Made by a program: the position numbers and the translations under genes. This document shows positions 17,873 through 29,700 of a DNA stretch of 64,000 nt, one piece after another. Below the pieces are notes generated by a model. That model was not told the origin of the DNA. It saw nothing but the letters and a program-made list of their open reading frames with translations, and did not search any database. The first letter of the stretch is position 1. Each line of letters starts with the position of its first letter. Source of the stretch: Bdellovibrionales bacterium (GTDB lineage: Bacteria; Bdellovibrionota; Bdellovibrionia; Bdellovibrionales; JAGQZY01); assembly GCA_031426555.1 (NCBI GenBank), contig JANPLN010000057.1, positions 8,706-72,705 on the forward strand. Reading direction: 5' to 3'.

Positions 17873-20800
17873 GTGGTGCTACGTCTGCAATTTTACACAT
17901 TAAAACGTACAACGTACTTACTAGGTTTGCTCCTGACTTTGCCATCTGTTGCAACAGCGCAAACCGAGCCTCCGCAGTTTATGACTGTGGATGGGCGGCT
18001 TTACGATTCCAACACTCCTGAAGATCCGCTTCTCGATAATTCCGTGCTGATGCAAATCCAAGTTTTAAACCCTGCAAAAACTTGTATTTTGTACGAAGAA
18101 GAACAAACGGTAAGTACTCTTAGTTCCAATGGATATTTTAATGTTCGTGTAGGTTCTCCCACCTCAGGCGGCGATTCGCTAAAACGCACCACAAACGATA
18201 GCGGAAATTCGATGATGGAGGTTTTCCAGAACCAAGCGGCGGTGATTGCCGGCAGAACTTCGGGTGGCGCGGTTTGTAGTTTTACACCGTCAGCTGGAGA
18301 CTCACGGCACTTTCGTTTTACGGTCACACCGAGCACCACTGGTGTGACGAGCACGCTTTCCCCAGACATGGCCATCGACTCGGTTCCACAGTCGTTAGTG
18401 GCAGAGACGTTACAGGGCATGACACCAACGGATTTCGTGCAAACGAACACCAATGTGACGCAGGCTAAAGTCAACTCGCTGTTTGGCGCAAGCTATGCGG
18501 GCCTTACCGGATTACTCGCTGGTAGCAGTTCGCTGTATTTACAAAACACCACAAATGGCACCGTAATTCCAGGTCGCACCACCAATCCGTTAACGCCGTC
18601 GGCAGGACAGATCTGGTACGATAGCGACGATAATGTTCTGCGCTACTACGACGGCACCATTGTTCAGACTTTAAGCTCTGGAAGCTCGGATCCCACGAAG
18701 CTTCCTTTAGCTGGCGGAACCATGGCCGGCGCCATCGACATGGGCACAAACGACATCACAGACATCGGCCACATGACCCAAGCAGCTCAACGAACCTTTC
18801 GCTTCGGCGCTTACACCACCGCTCAGCAAGCGACGTTGGTAGCAACTCCGCTTGTCGCGGGTCACGAAGGAACTGTGTGGTACAACACTACCACCAACAA
18901 ACTGATGTTCTGGGATGGCACTGCGGAATTTGCCGTGGCTCCGGTGGACAGCGTGTTTGGAAGAACGGGTGCAGTTGTTGCTGCTGCGAGTGATTATGAT
19001 GCCAATCAAATCGACAACACGGCAGCAGGCACTATTGCCGCGACGGACGTGCAAGCGGCCATTAACGAACTTGATTCTGAAAAAGTAGCCAAAGCCGGCG
19101 ACACGATGACTGGCCAACTGAACATGGGTCCCAAAGGTGTAGCTGCAGGCGACGGCGGAGCCATTGCGTTTACCGAACTTGCGGCAGGTGGAACAAACAC
19201 AGCAAAAGTTCGCGCCCCAGATGCGCTCGGCGCAAATTATGTCCTTACACTTCCAGCAAACGATGGCGACAGCGGACAGTATTTGCAAACGGACGGTAAC
19301 GGCGTCCTCTCGTGGGTCACTCCAGCGGGAGTTGGCGAAACCAACACCGCAAGCAATCAAGGTGCTGGTGGCGTGGGCGTGTTTAAACAAAAAACTACCT
19401 TTGATTTGGAATTCCGCAACATCAATGCCGCAAGCAATAAAGTCAGCGTTGCTCTCGATGCCGGTAATAACGAGATCGACATCAACGTCGCTGAAGCCAA
19501 TTTGGATCCGGCTGTGATTCCAAATACAGCTGCCGGCACAATTGCAGCGACGAATGTTCAAGCAGCCATTAACGAACTTGATTCTGAAAAAGTCGCAAGC
19601 ACTCGCGCCATTAACACTGCTGCAGGCAGCGGACTCGCTGGCGGCGGAGATCTCTCAGCCGATCGCAGTTTAAGCGTAAACATCACCGGCACAGCCGCCG
19701 AAACAGCAGTTGCCGGTACCGACGAAATCCTGATCTACGATGCAAGCGCCACAGCACTGCGTAAAATGACTCGAACAAATTTCGTGCTCAGCGAAACCGA
19801 AGTGGACGCCATGGTGTCTAACAACGGCTACCTCAGTGCAGAGGTCGACACATTAGCGACAGTGACAGGTCGTGGTGCAACAACCGCCACAAGTATTACT
19901 TTAAACACTCAGGCTCAAGCCCGTTTCGCCGATAGCGCAGGCGGTGAGTACGCAGCCATTCAAGCTCCAGCGACGATTGGCTCAAACTACGTTCTCACGT
20001 TACCAGACGCCGCAGGAACTAACGGCCAAGTGCTTTCCACAAACGGTTCAGGAGTTCTCAGTTGGATTGCCATTCCTTCAGCCCCCGTAACATCGGTGTT
20101 TGGTAGATCAGGTGCCGTCGTAGCGGCAGCGAGCGATTACGATGCCAACCAAATCGACAATACACCTGCAGGTTCCATTGCCGCAAATGATGTACAAGCT
20201 GCGATCAACGAACTCGACAGCGAAAAAGTCGCAAAAGCTGGCGACACGATGACTGGCCAACTGAACATGGGTCCAAAAGGTGTAGCTGCCGGTGACGGCG
20301 GAGCCATTGCGTTTACCGAACTTGCGGCCGGTGGAACAAACACAGCCACAGTTCGCGCACCCGATGCGCTCGGCGCAAACTATGTGCTGACCCTTCCATT
20401 AAACGATGGCGATAGTGGACAATACTTACAGACTGACGGAAATGGTGTACTGGCATGGGTCACTCCAGCGGGAGTGGGCGAAACCAACACCGCAAGCAAC
20501 CAAGGCGCAGGTGGAGTAGGCGTATTTAAACAAAAAACCACATTTGATTTGGAATTCCGAAACATCAACGCCGCAAGCAATAAAATCACCGTGGCTCTCG
20601 ATGCCGGTAACAACGAGATCGACATCAACGTTGCTGAAGCCAATTTGAATTTAGGAGCCATTCCGAATACGCCTGCAGGAACGATTGCGGCTACAAACGC
20701 ACAAGCAGCGATTAACGAACTCGATAGTGAAAAAGTCGCAAGCGCTCGCGCAATCAATACGGCTGCAGGCAGTGGCTTAAGCGGTGGCGGAGATCTTTCA

Positions 20801-23800
20801 GCCGATCGCAGTTTAAGTGTGAACATCAACGGAATCACAGCGGAAACCACTGCGGCCGCGAACGATGAATTACTAATATACGACACGAGCGCGACAGCGC
20901 TCAGAAAAATGGCCAGAAGTGATTTTTTAACCGGCTATTTAACTGCCGAAGCAGACACACTTGCCTCTGTAACAGGTCGAGGCGCAACAACCGCCACAAG
21001 CATCACATTAGCCACACAAGCTCAAGCCCGTTTCGCCGACAGTGCGGGCGGCGAGTACGCAGCCATTCAAGCTCCGGCGACCATTAGCACAAACTATGTT
21101 CTTACGTTACCAGACACCGCAGGAACGAACGGCCAACTGCTTTCCACAAACGGTTCAGGAGTTCTGAGCTGGATTGCCATTCCTTCAGCCCCGGTAACAT
21201 CGGTATTTAGCAGAACGGGTGCGGTGGTAGCGACAGCGAGCGATTACGATGCCAATCAAATCGACAACACGCCCGCAGGTGCTATTGCCGCCAGTGATGT
21301 TCAAGCAGCGATCAACGAACTTGACACAGAAAAAGTCGCGAAAGCCGGCGACACAATGACCGGTGCACTAAATATAGATAACGAACAAGAATTACGACTC
21401 TCCGAAGCCGATGGCAGCGGTGCAAATTACGTGGCCATCAAAGCGCTTACCACATTGGGTGCGAACTACACGTTAACACTTCCAGCTGACGCCGGTGCAG
21501 TGAACCAAGTGCTTACGACAAATGGCAGCGGAGTTCTCAGTTGGACAACGCCTGCAGCCGTCGGCGAAACCAACACAGCAAGCAACCAAGGGGTTGGCGG
21601 TGTTGGATTTTACGACGCTAAATCTGGCGTGGATTTGCAATTTAGAAATCTAAATGCAGCAAGCAATAAAGTGAGTGTCGCATTGGATGCAGCAAACAAA
21701 GAAATTGATATCAATGTGAATGAAGCCAATTTTGATCCCGCAGTGATTCCGACCACTGCAGCGGGTACAATTGCTGCAACCAATGTTCAAGCCGCGATCA
21801 ACGAACTCGACAGCGAAAAAGTAGCCAAAGCTGGCGACACCATGACTGGCCAACTGAGCATGGGTCCAAAAGGTGTAGCTCCAGGTGACGGCGGAGCCAT
21901 TGCGTTTACCGAACTTGCTGCAGGTGGAACAAACACAGCAATCGTTCGCGCACCCGACGCCCTCGGCGCAAACTATTTGCTGACACTTCCAGCAAACGAC
22001 GGCGACAGCGGACAGTATTTGCAAACTGACGGAAACGGTGTACTTTCATGGGTCACTCCTGCTGGAGTGGGCGAAACCAATACGGCGAGCAACCAAGGTG
22101 CGGGTGGCGTTGGAGTATTTAAACAAAAAACCACTTTTGATTTAGAATTCCGAAACATCAATGCAGCCAGCAACAAAATCAGCGTGGCCCTCGATGTCGC
22201 TAATAACGAAATCGACATCAACCTTGCCGAAGCCAATTTGGATTTGGGTGCAATTCCAAATACACCTGCAGGTACGATTGCCGCGACGACGGCGCAAGCA
22301 GCGATCAACGAACTCGATATAGACAAGGTTGCAAAAACCGGCGATTCTATGAGCGGAGCATTGACATTTGCAGCGCAAAACCAAACGCGCTTTGCCGATA
22401 GCGCAGGCGGCGAGTACGCAGCCATTCAAGCTCCTGCCACCATTGGTACGAATTATGTGCTCACGCTTCCCGACACTGCAGGAAGTGCCAGCCAAGTTTT
22501 GACCACCAACGGCTCCGGGGTGCTGAGTTGGACAACACCATCAACGACTCCGGGTGCGGATAGTTTAGATTTTACCCTTTTTGCAGACGCAATGACGTTA
22601 GATGCAAGCACGGACATCGCGGCCTCAGGCACCAACGTACTTTCCATTACCAATGGTGGCACGGGAAATTCCTTTGTCGTCAACGATGTGGCCAGTGATA
22701 CAAGTCCTTTCGTAATCGATGCCAGCGGAAATGTGGGTATTGGAACCACAGTTCCGGGCACACCTCTTGATGTCGTAGGCGCCATCACTTCGCGCCCGGG
22801 CGGCATAGCCACGGGCCAAACAGGACAGCTCATCCTGCGTGAGCTTGTGGCGAATGGTGTTAATACATTCACTCTCAGAGCACCTGACACTTTAACAACA
22901 GACCGTGTTTTGACATTCCCGGATTCAAACGGAACGACAGGACAAGTGCTGCAAACAGATGGTGCGGGTGTTCTTTCATGGGCTACACCGTCAGCGGCAG
23001 GAATTACTGCGTTGACGGGAGATGTAACTGCTTCCGGTTCAGGTTCCGTGGTAGCAACAATTGCAAATAATACCGTAACAGATGCGAAATTTCGTCAAGG
23101 AGCAGCGCGGTCTGTGGTAGGAGTGACAGGGAATTCAACGGCGAATGTGGCAGACATTCAAGGTACGGCTAATCAGGTCCTTCGCGTGAACGGTTCGGGA
23201 ACGGCACTTGCGTTTGGCGCAATCGACTTATCATCTTCCGCGGCAGTGACCGGCGCCCTTGGCGTAACAAACGGTGGTACAGGTCAAACGACAGCAAATG
23301 CGGCGTTCAATGCTCTTGCTCCCAATCAGGCAGCAAATAACGGTCGATTTTTGACAACGGATGGAACAAATACCAGCTGGGCTGCGCCCGGCACGAGGCT
23401 ATCGAATTTGACCTCGGCGATAGCGACTAACACTCTCGCTAATGGCGACTTTGGCCAAATCTGGGATTGGGATGGCCTAACGTCGCAAACAGCGATGAGA
23501 TTAAGAACAAATTCCGCGACAAGTGGGACTCTCTTAAGTTTAACAAACAGTTATAACAACGCGAGTTCGGCTGGAAGGGTGCTTAAAATAGATGTCACAG
23601 GCACTTCCAACGCCGCTGTACCGTTCATGATTACAAACGCCGGAACTGCAAACACGCTTCGCTTGAATGATGACGGTACTGACACTGATGCAACTCCTTT
23701 TGTCGTGGATGCGAATGGAAACGTCGGTATTGGAACAACGGGTCCCGGAACAATCCTCGATGTGGCTGGTGCGATCACATCGCGTCCGTTCGGAACCACG

Positions 23801-25573
23801 ACTGGACAAACAGGACAGCTGATCATGCGCGAGCTTGTGGCAGGTGGTACCGACACCGTAGCGATTCGTGCACCGGATGCCATAGGAACAAGCTACGCGC
23901 TCACGCTTCCGGCAACTGCGGGTGCAGCGAACCAAGTTTTAACCACAGACGGCGCAGGAATTTTAAGTTGGACATCCGGTGGCGCAGCTTCTATTGCAAA
24001 TAACAGTTTGAATTTTGATAAATTTATTGATGCGATGACACTTGATGCAAGCACTGATATTGCGGCCACGGGCACGAACGTGCTTTCCATTACGAATTCC
24101 GGAACGGGAGATTCCTTCCGCGTTAACGACTCTGCAGGAGATACGTCTCCTTTCTTGATTGATGCAGACGGTGATGTTGGGATTGGTACGACAGTTCCTG
24201 ATGTGCCATTTCATTTTATAAATAGTGCTTCGAAGCCGTTCAAAATAGAGCGAAATACACCAGACAACATTCCTGCGGAATTTACTTTGTACAAGCAGCG
24301 AGGTATTGGCTCCGTACCTTCAGATGACACGGAGTATGCGCGAATCAACTTTGATTACGTAGATGGTGGCCCCGTACAGAGAACGGCTGCCACAATAGCA
24401 GCCTCTGTCGATGGAAGTGTCGGGGTCAATGATACGCCTTCGCGCCTCGGTTTCTTCACAACGCTTGATGGAACAAATACGAATGTTGAACGCATGAGAA
24501 TTACGAATACCGGAAGCGTTAGTATAGGGACCTCGGCACCAGGAACACTTTTAGATGTGGCCGGTGCGATCACATCGCGTCCGTTCGGAACCACGACTGG
24601 ACAAACGGGACAACTGATCATGCGTGAACTTGCAGCCAGTGGCACCGACACTGTAGCGATTCGTGCGCCGGATGCCATTGGAACAAGTTATTCTTTAACG
24701 CTGCCAACAACTGCGGGAAGTTCGGGACAAGTGCTACGTACGGACGGTGCGGGGCTACTGACGTGGGTGAACAGCGATGCTGGTATCACTGCTGACGTTT
24801 TAGACTTTACTCAGTTTTCAGATACGATGACCTTGGACGCTAGCACCAATATCGCAGCCTCTGGGACTAATGTGCTTTCCATCACCAACACTGGCACAGG
24901 AGATTCATTTCGTGTGAACGATGAAGCGGGCGATACAACGCCATTTGTTGTCGATGCAAGCGGGAGTGTGGGAGTTGGCACAACAACGCCCGGAAATGCT
25001 TTGCACATTGCCAACGGTTCTGTCCGCGTTCAGCCCGATGCAAGTTGGAGCTCGGGTGACGTTGCAAGAATTTTCTTTGGTGATACTGCGAAATTAATTC
25101 GTGGAAATTTTAATGGCTCTTTGGATATTGTCTCAGAAAATACGTTATCTCTATTCTCAGATAACACAGAAAGAATAAGGATTGCCACCAGCACAGGTTT
25201 TGTCGGAATTGGCACAACGTCTCCTCGCGGCCTCCTCGATGTTAACGGAACCATCGTGATGAAGCCTTCCACCTCCAACGCCGGAGCGACAATTGATTTC
25301 GGCACCGGAAATCTTCAGCACACGGCGCTGGATTGCCAGGCGTTTATTTTACACAACATGAAAGATGGTGGGTCTTACACCTTAGCGGTCAAGGGCACAA
25401 CAGTTGCTACTTGCAGTTTTACCGCTTTTTCCGATGCCGGAGGTTCGCAGTACGCTGGTGTCAATGTGCACATGCCGGTGGACCACGCGGCGACCATCAC
25501 AGGTAGGCACACCATCTATACGTTTTTAGTGATGGGTGGCGATGTGTATATTACCTGGATGCCGGGGCTTTAA
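17873..25573 (+). CDS. Giant phage-tail-fibre-like adhesin 2 (MAT-like, 2566 aa)
   Basis: Same N-domain and repeat modules as fibres 1 and 3, with more copies. C-terminal IDFGTGN..HNMKDGGSYTLAV domain. Confidence 0.85.
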   Translation: MVLRLQFYTLKRTTYLLGLLLTLPSVATAQTEPPQFMTVDGRLYDSNTPEDPLLDNSVLMQIQVLNPAKTCILYEEEQTVSTLSSNGYFNVRVGSPTSGGDSLKRTTNDSGNSMMEVFQNQAAVIAGRTSGGAVCSFTPSAGDSRHFRFTVTPSTTGVTSTLSPDMAIDSVPQSLVAETLQGMTPTDFVQTNTNVTQAKVNSLFGASYAGLTGLLAGSSSLYLQNTTNGTVIPGRTTNPLTPSAGQIWYDSDDNVLRYYDGTIVQTLSSGSSDPTKLPLAGGTMAGAIDMGTNDITDIGHMTQAAQRTFRFGAYTTAQQATLVATPLVAGHEGTVWYNTTTNKLMFWDGTAEFAVAPVDSVFGRTGAVVAAASDYDANQIDNTAAGTIAATDVQAAINELDSEKVAKAGDTMTGQLNMGPKGVAAGDGGAIAFTELAAGGTNTAKVRAPDALGANYVLTLPANDGDSGQYLQTDGNGVLSWVTPAGVGETNTASNQGAGGVGVFKQKTTFDLEFRNINAASNKVSVALDAGNNEIDINVAEANLDPAVIPNTAAGTIAATNVQAAINELDSEKVASTRAINTAAGSGLAGGGDLSADRSLSVNITGTAAETAVAGTDEILIYDASATALRKMTRTNFVLSETEVDAMVSNNGYLSAEVDTLATVTGRGATTATSITLNTQAQARFADSAGGEYAAIQAPATIGSNYVLTLPDAAGTNGQVLSTNGSGVLSWIAIPSAPVTSVFGRSGAVVAAASDYDANQIDNTPAGSIAANDVQAAINELDSEKVAKAGDTMTGQLNMGPKGVAAGDGGAIAFTELAAGGTNTATVRAPDALGANYVLTLPLNDGDSGQYLQTDGNGVLAWVTPAGVGETNTASNQGAGGVGVFKQKTTFDLEFRNINAASNKITVALDAGNNEIDINVAEANLNLGAIPNTPAGTIAATNAQAAINELDSEKVASARAINTAAGSGLSGGGDLSADRSLSVNINGITAETTAAANDELLIYDTSATALRKMARSDFLTGYLTAEADTLASVTGRGATTATSITLATQAQARFADSAGGEYAAIQAPATISTNYVLTLPDTAGTNGQLLSTNGSGVLSWIAIPSAPVTSVFSRTGAVVATASDYDANQIDNTPAGAIAASDVQAAINELDTEKVAKAGDTMTGALNIDNEQELRLSEADGSGANYVAIKALTTLGANYTLTLPADAGAVNQVLTTNGSGVLSWTTPAAVGETNTASNQGVGGVGFYDAKSGVDLQFRNLNAASNKVSVALDAANKEIDINVNEANFDPAVIPTTAAGTIAATNVQAAINELDSEKVAKAGDTMTGQLSMGPKGVAPGDGGAIAFTELAAGGTNTAIVRAPDALGANYLLTLPANDGDSGQYLQTDGNGVLSWVTPAGVGETNTASNQGAGGVGVFKQKTTFDLEFRNINAASNKISVALDVANNEIDINLAEANLDLGAIPNTPAGTIAATTAQAAINELDIDKVAKTGDSMSGALTFAAQNQTRFADSAGGEYAAIQAPATIGTNYVLTLPDTAGSASQVLTTNGSGVLSWTTPSTTPGADSLDFTLFADAMTLDASTDIAASGTNVLSITNGGTGNSFVVNDVASDTSPFVIDASGNVGIGTTVPGTPLDVVGAITSRPGGIATGQTGQLILRELVANGVNTFTLRAPDTLTTDRVLTFPDSNGTTGQVLQTDGAGVLSWATPSAAGITALTGDVTASGSGSVVATIANNTVTDAKFRQGAARSVVGVTGNSTANVADIQGTANQVLRVNGSGTALAFGAIDLSSSAAVTGALGVTNGGTGQTTANAAFNALAPNQAANNGRFLTTDGTNTSWAAPGTRLSNLTSAIATNTLANGDFGQIWDWDGLTSQTAMRLRTNSATSGTLLSLTNSYNNASSAGRVLKIDVTGTSNAAVPFMITNAGTANTLRLNDDGTDTDATPFVVDANGNVGIGTTGPGTILDVAGAITSRPFGTTTGQTGQLIMRELVAGGTDTVAIRAPDAIGTSYALTLPATAGAANQVLTTDGAGILSWTSGGAASIANNSLNFDKFIDAMTLDASTDIAATGTNVLSITNSGTGDSFRVNDSAGDTSPFLIDADGDVGIGTTVPDVPFHFINSASKPFKIERNTPDNIPAEFTLYKQRGIGSVPSDDTEYARINFDYVDGGPVQRTAATIAASVDGSVGVNDTPSRLGFFTTLDGTNTNVERMRITNTGSVSIGTSAPGTLLDVAGAITSRPFGTTTGQTGQLIMRELAASGTDTVAIRAPDAIGTSYSLTLPTTAGSSGQVLRTDGAGLLTWVNSDAGITADVLDFTQFSDTMTLDASTNIAASGTNVLSITNTGTGDSFRVNDEAGDTTPFVVDASGSVGVGTTTPGNALHIANGSVRVQPDASWSSGDVARIFFGDTAKLIRGNFNGSLDIVSENTLSLFSDNTERIRIATSTGFVGIGTTSPRGLLDVNGTIVMKPSTSNAGATIDFGTGNLQHTALDCQAFILHNMKDGGSYTLAVKGTTVATCSFTAFSDAGGSQYAGVNVHMPVDHAATITGRHTIYTFLVMGGDVYITWMPGL

Positions 25574-25723
25574 TTCCCGCTCGCTGAAGCAGCCAGCAGC
25601 ATGCCAGAGTTCCACGGGTCCTAACGCAAAGGTCCACTTTTAAAATCTTGCTCGTAGAATCCATTGAGTTAGCATTTATAAGCGCACTTATTAGATCAAC
25701 AGCTGAAGGAACGGGCAGCCTTT

Positions 25724-26437
25724 ATGGAAGAAAAATTTAAAAAAATCACCCATGAGCCATCACTTGAACTAAATTTTTCGTTCAATATGGAAATCGAGTC
25801 GGCCTATGTGATCACTCTGCGCGGGCACGAAACCTCCGAGCGCCTTGCAAGGAGATGTTTAGAGTCGGCAAAAAACCACAATATGCCGATAAAACTCTGG
25901 CCAGCCTATGACGGCACCTCGGGTGAGATCAAAACGCCCCATGAATTTCAAAACCAAAACTTCATGCGATGGTTTAAGGTTTTAGACCCCCACCTGTCTC
26001 CCACCGAAGTGGCGTGTTCACTGAGTCATATTTCGTTGTGGGCCCGCTGTGTAGAAATGGACAGACCTATCATAATCCTCGAGCACGACGCCATCGTTGT
26101 GGCGCCGTTTAAAGTTCATCCGCTGTTTAGTTGTATCACGTACCTTGGAAGCTACGAGCAAGCCAAGCAACAGTGGGCGGTGGTTCCAACACCGCCACAC
26201 GGAAGCCACGGTGCCAATTACCATTTTATCTGTCGTGCGCATGCGTATTCGATTGATCCGTTTGTGGCAAAAAATATGCTGGCCCATGTTCTCCGTCATG
26301 GAATTTGTGAGTCCCTTGACCTTATGCTGAGGGCGGATCTGTTTCCTGTTCTGCAAGTGGGCCTCATTGCGTATGATGAGCCAGAAGGCACAACAATTGT
26401 AAATCGCAAACGCGATCCCTACGGCACCAACCGCTAG
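25724..26437 (+). CDS. Glycosyltransferase family 25-like protein (paralog of 1906..2622)
   Basis: AYVITL, ACSLSHISLW, ILEHDA. Long identical stretches with 1906..2622, e.g. HGANYHFICRAHAYSIDP. Confidence 0.7.
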   Translation: MEEKFKKITHEPSLELNFSFNMEIESAYVITLRGHETSERLARRCLESAKNHNMPIKLWPAYDGTSGEIKTPHEFQNQNFMRWFKVLDPHLSPTEVACSLSHISLWARCVEMDRPIIILEHDAIVVAPFKVHPLFSCITYLGSYEQAKQQWAVVPTPPHGSHGANYHFICRAHAYSIDPFVAKNMLAHVLRHGICESLDLMLRADLFPVLQVGLIAYDEPEGTTIVNRKRDPYGTNR

Positions 26438-26672
26438 GGAGAAACATGCAGCGAAAACCAAACCGTTCCAGCGTGGTGCAAATTGGTACCAAGCCCTTCA
26501 CGTCTCAGTCTGAGTCAATCGAGCCCGTAATATGCATCTTTTGACGGGTTTATTTTCTCAATATGGAACGACTTAGTGATTCAGATTAAGACGAAAGATG
26601 CGGCGTCTTTTGCGGTTGGCAAATAATCAGGCGCTTCGGCGGCGGAATCGCCATTAACTTTCGTCCAGAGCC

Positions 26673-26699
26673 TTTATATTTACCGAAAAAAACCGATAG
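26673..26699 (+). promoter_or_regulatory. sigma28-like promoter of fibre gene 3
   Basis: TTTAT-N14-ACCGATAG, 6 nt before GTG at 26706. Upstream AACTTT..TCCAGA box shared with fibres 1 and 2. Confidence 0.6.
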
Positions 26700-26705
26700 G
26701 TTAAG

Positions 26706-29700
26706 GTGATGTTACGGTTTTATTTTTCTTTTTTAAAAAGTCTTTTGTGCTTTTTCGGTTTGTGCCTTTTTCTGCCAATTCTTGCAACAGCACAAACTGA
26801 GCCACCGCAGTTTATGACTGTGGATGGGCGGCTTTATGATTCCACCACGCCTGAAGATCCACTCTTAGATAATTCCGTGTTGATGAAAATTCAAATTCTC
26901 AATCCTGCAAAAACTTGTATTTTGTACGAGGAAGAACAAACGGTGAGCACGCTGTCTTCGAACGGATATTTTAATGTTCGTGTGGGATCTCCAACAGCCG
27001 GGGCGGAGTCTTTAAAGCGCACCACGGCCACCATCGATGTTGGAAATTCCATGATGGAAGTGTTTCAGAATCAAAACGCAAGCATCCCTGGAAAAACTGC
27101 GGGCGGTGCAGGTTGCGGATACATTCCGGCGGCTGGCGACACGCGATACTTTCGCTTTGTCGTTACTCCGAGCACCACGGCTGTAACGAGTACGCTGTCG
27201 CCTGATATGCAAATTGATTCCGTACCGCAGTCTTTGGTTGCAGAAACCTTGCAAGGCATGACTCCCTCGAATTTCGTGCAAACAAACACCGACGTGACGC
27301 AAGCAAAAGTGAACACATTGTTTGGAGCAAGTTATGCGGGCTTGACTGGATTGCTTGCCGGTAGCAGTTCTCTGTATTTACAAAATACAACAAACGGCAC
27401 GGTCATTCCAAACCGTGCGACGAATCCGGCCTCACCCACAGCGGGACAAATTTGGTACGATAGCGACGACTTCGTACTTCGCTACTACGACGGCACAAGT
27501 GTCTTAACACTTGGCACGAGTGGTGGCGATCCCACCAAGCTTCCGTTAGCTGGCGGGACAATGTCGGGTGCCATCGACATGGCCACCAACGACATCACCG
27601 ATATTGGTCACATGACTCAGGCTGCGCAAAGAACATTTCGTTTTGGCGTGTACACCACAGCTCAACAAGCGACGCTTGTTGCGACTCCACTTGTTGCAGG
27701 TCACGAAGGTACTGTGTGGTACAACACCACCACCAACAAATTAATGTTCTGGGATGGCACTGCAGAATCTGCAGTAAGTCCTGTTGACAGTGTGTTTGGC
27801 AGAACGGGTGCTGTCGTAGCGGCAGCGAGCGATTACGATGCCGTGCAAATTGATAACACTCCTGCTGGTGCCGTAGCGGCAGTGACTGCTCAGGCAGCCA
27901 TCGACGAATTGGATTCCGAAAAAGTCGCTAAAGCCGGCGATACGATGACTGGCCAACTGAATATGGGTCCAAGAGGTGTAGCTGCGGGCGATGGCGGAGC
28001 CATTGCGTTTACCGAACTTGCGGCAGGTGGAACAAACACAGCAACAGTTCGCGCCCCAGATGCGCTCGGTGCCAATTATGTCCTTACACTTCCCGCAAAC
28101 GATGGCGACAGCGGTCAGTATTTGCAAACTGATGGAAACGGGATTCTCGCGTGGGTCACTCCAGCTGGAGTTGGCGAAACCAACACCGCAAGCAACCAAG
28201 GTGTCGGCGGCGTTGGAGTTTACGACGCCAAGTCGGGCGTGGATTTACAATTTAGAAACATCAATGCCGCAAGCAACAAAGTTAGCGTAGCCTTGGATGC
28301 AGCAAACAAAGAAGTAGACATCAATGTAAATGAAGCCAATTTGGATTTAGCTTCAATTCCAAACACCCCTGCGGGAACGATTGCGGCTACAAACGCGCAA
28401 GCTGCCATTAACGAACTTGATTCTGAAAAAGTCGCAACCGCTCGCGCCATCAATACGGCAGCAAACAGCGGACTCGCTGGCGGCGGAGATCTTTCAGCCG
28501 ATCGCAGTTTAAGCGTAAACATCACCGGCACAACCGCTGAAACAGCAGTGGCCGGTACCGACGAAATTCTCATCTACGATGCAAGCGCCACAGCACTCAG
28601 AAAAATGGCTCGAACAAATTTCGTGCTCAGCGAAACCGAAGTGGACGCCATGGTGTCTAACAACGGCTACCTCAGTGCAGAGGTCGACACATTAGCGACA
28701 GTGACAGGCCGCGGTGCAACAACCGCCACAAGTATTACTTTAAACACTCAGGCTCAAGCGCGTTTTGCTGACAGCGCAGGCGGCGAGTACGCAGCCATTC
28801 AAGCTCCGGCGACGATTGGCGCAAACTATGTTCTTACGTTGCCAGACTCCGCAGGAGCTAACGGCCAAGTGCTTTCCACAAACGGTTCCGGAGTTCTCAG
28901 TTGGATTGCCATTCCATCAGCTCCCGTAACAACGGTGTTTGGCAGAACCGGCGCAGTTTTGGCAGTGGCGGGAGATTACACAGCGGCGCAAGTTACAAAC
29001 GTAGCTGGTGGTTCCGTAGCGGCAGTGACAGTTCAGGCAGCGATCGACGAGCTGGATGCAGAAAAAGTGGCAAAAACTGGTGATTCAGTCAGCGGAGCTA
29101 TCACGTTTGCCACACAAAACCAGGCTCGATTTGCCGACAGCGCGGGTGGTGAGTACGCAGCTATTCAGGCACCGACCACCATCGGTGCAAACTATGTTCT
29201 CACTCTTCCAGACACAGCGGGCAGTGCGAGCCAAGTTTTAACTACAAACGGGGCGGGGGTACTTAGTTGGACTACCCCATCCACTGTTCCTGCGGCAAAT
29301 AGTTTAGACTTTACTCACTTTGTTGATGCGATGACCCTCGATGCATCGACCGATATTGCAGTTACAGGCACGCGAGTGTTTTCAATTACAAATTCCGGCA
29401 CAGGAAATTCGTTTTTAGTCAACGATGTAGCGAGTGATACAAGTCCCTTCGTGATTGATCAGAGCGGAAGCGTTGGTATCGGAACTACAGCGCCGGAGTT
29501 TTCAGTCCATAACGTGACTCCAATTGCGGATTCAACACCATCCTACGTTGTAGATGCTCAGGGAAATACCGCATCCACCGGACCTGCTTTTATTGGTCGC
29601 CGCGCCCGCGACAGCGCAGGAACTCCTTCGGCATTGCAGACAGGTGACGTTATTGCGGTATTTGGCGCACGAGGATACATCGGAGGTTCTTGGGCAACGG

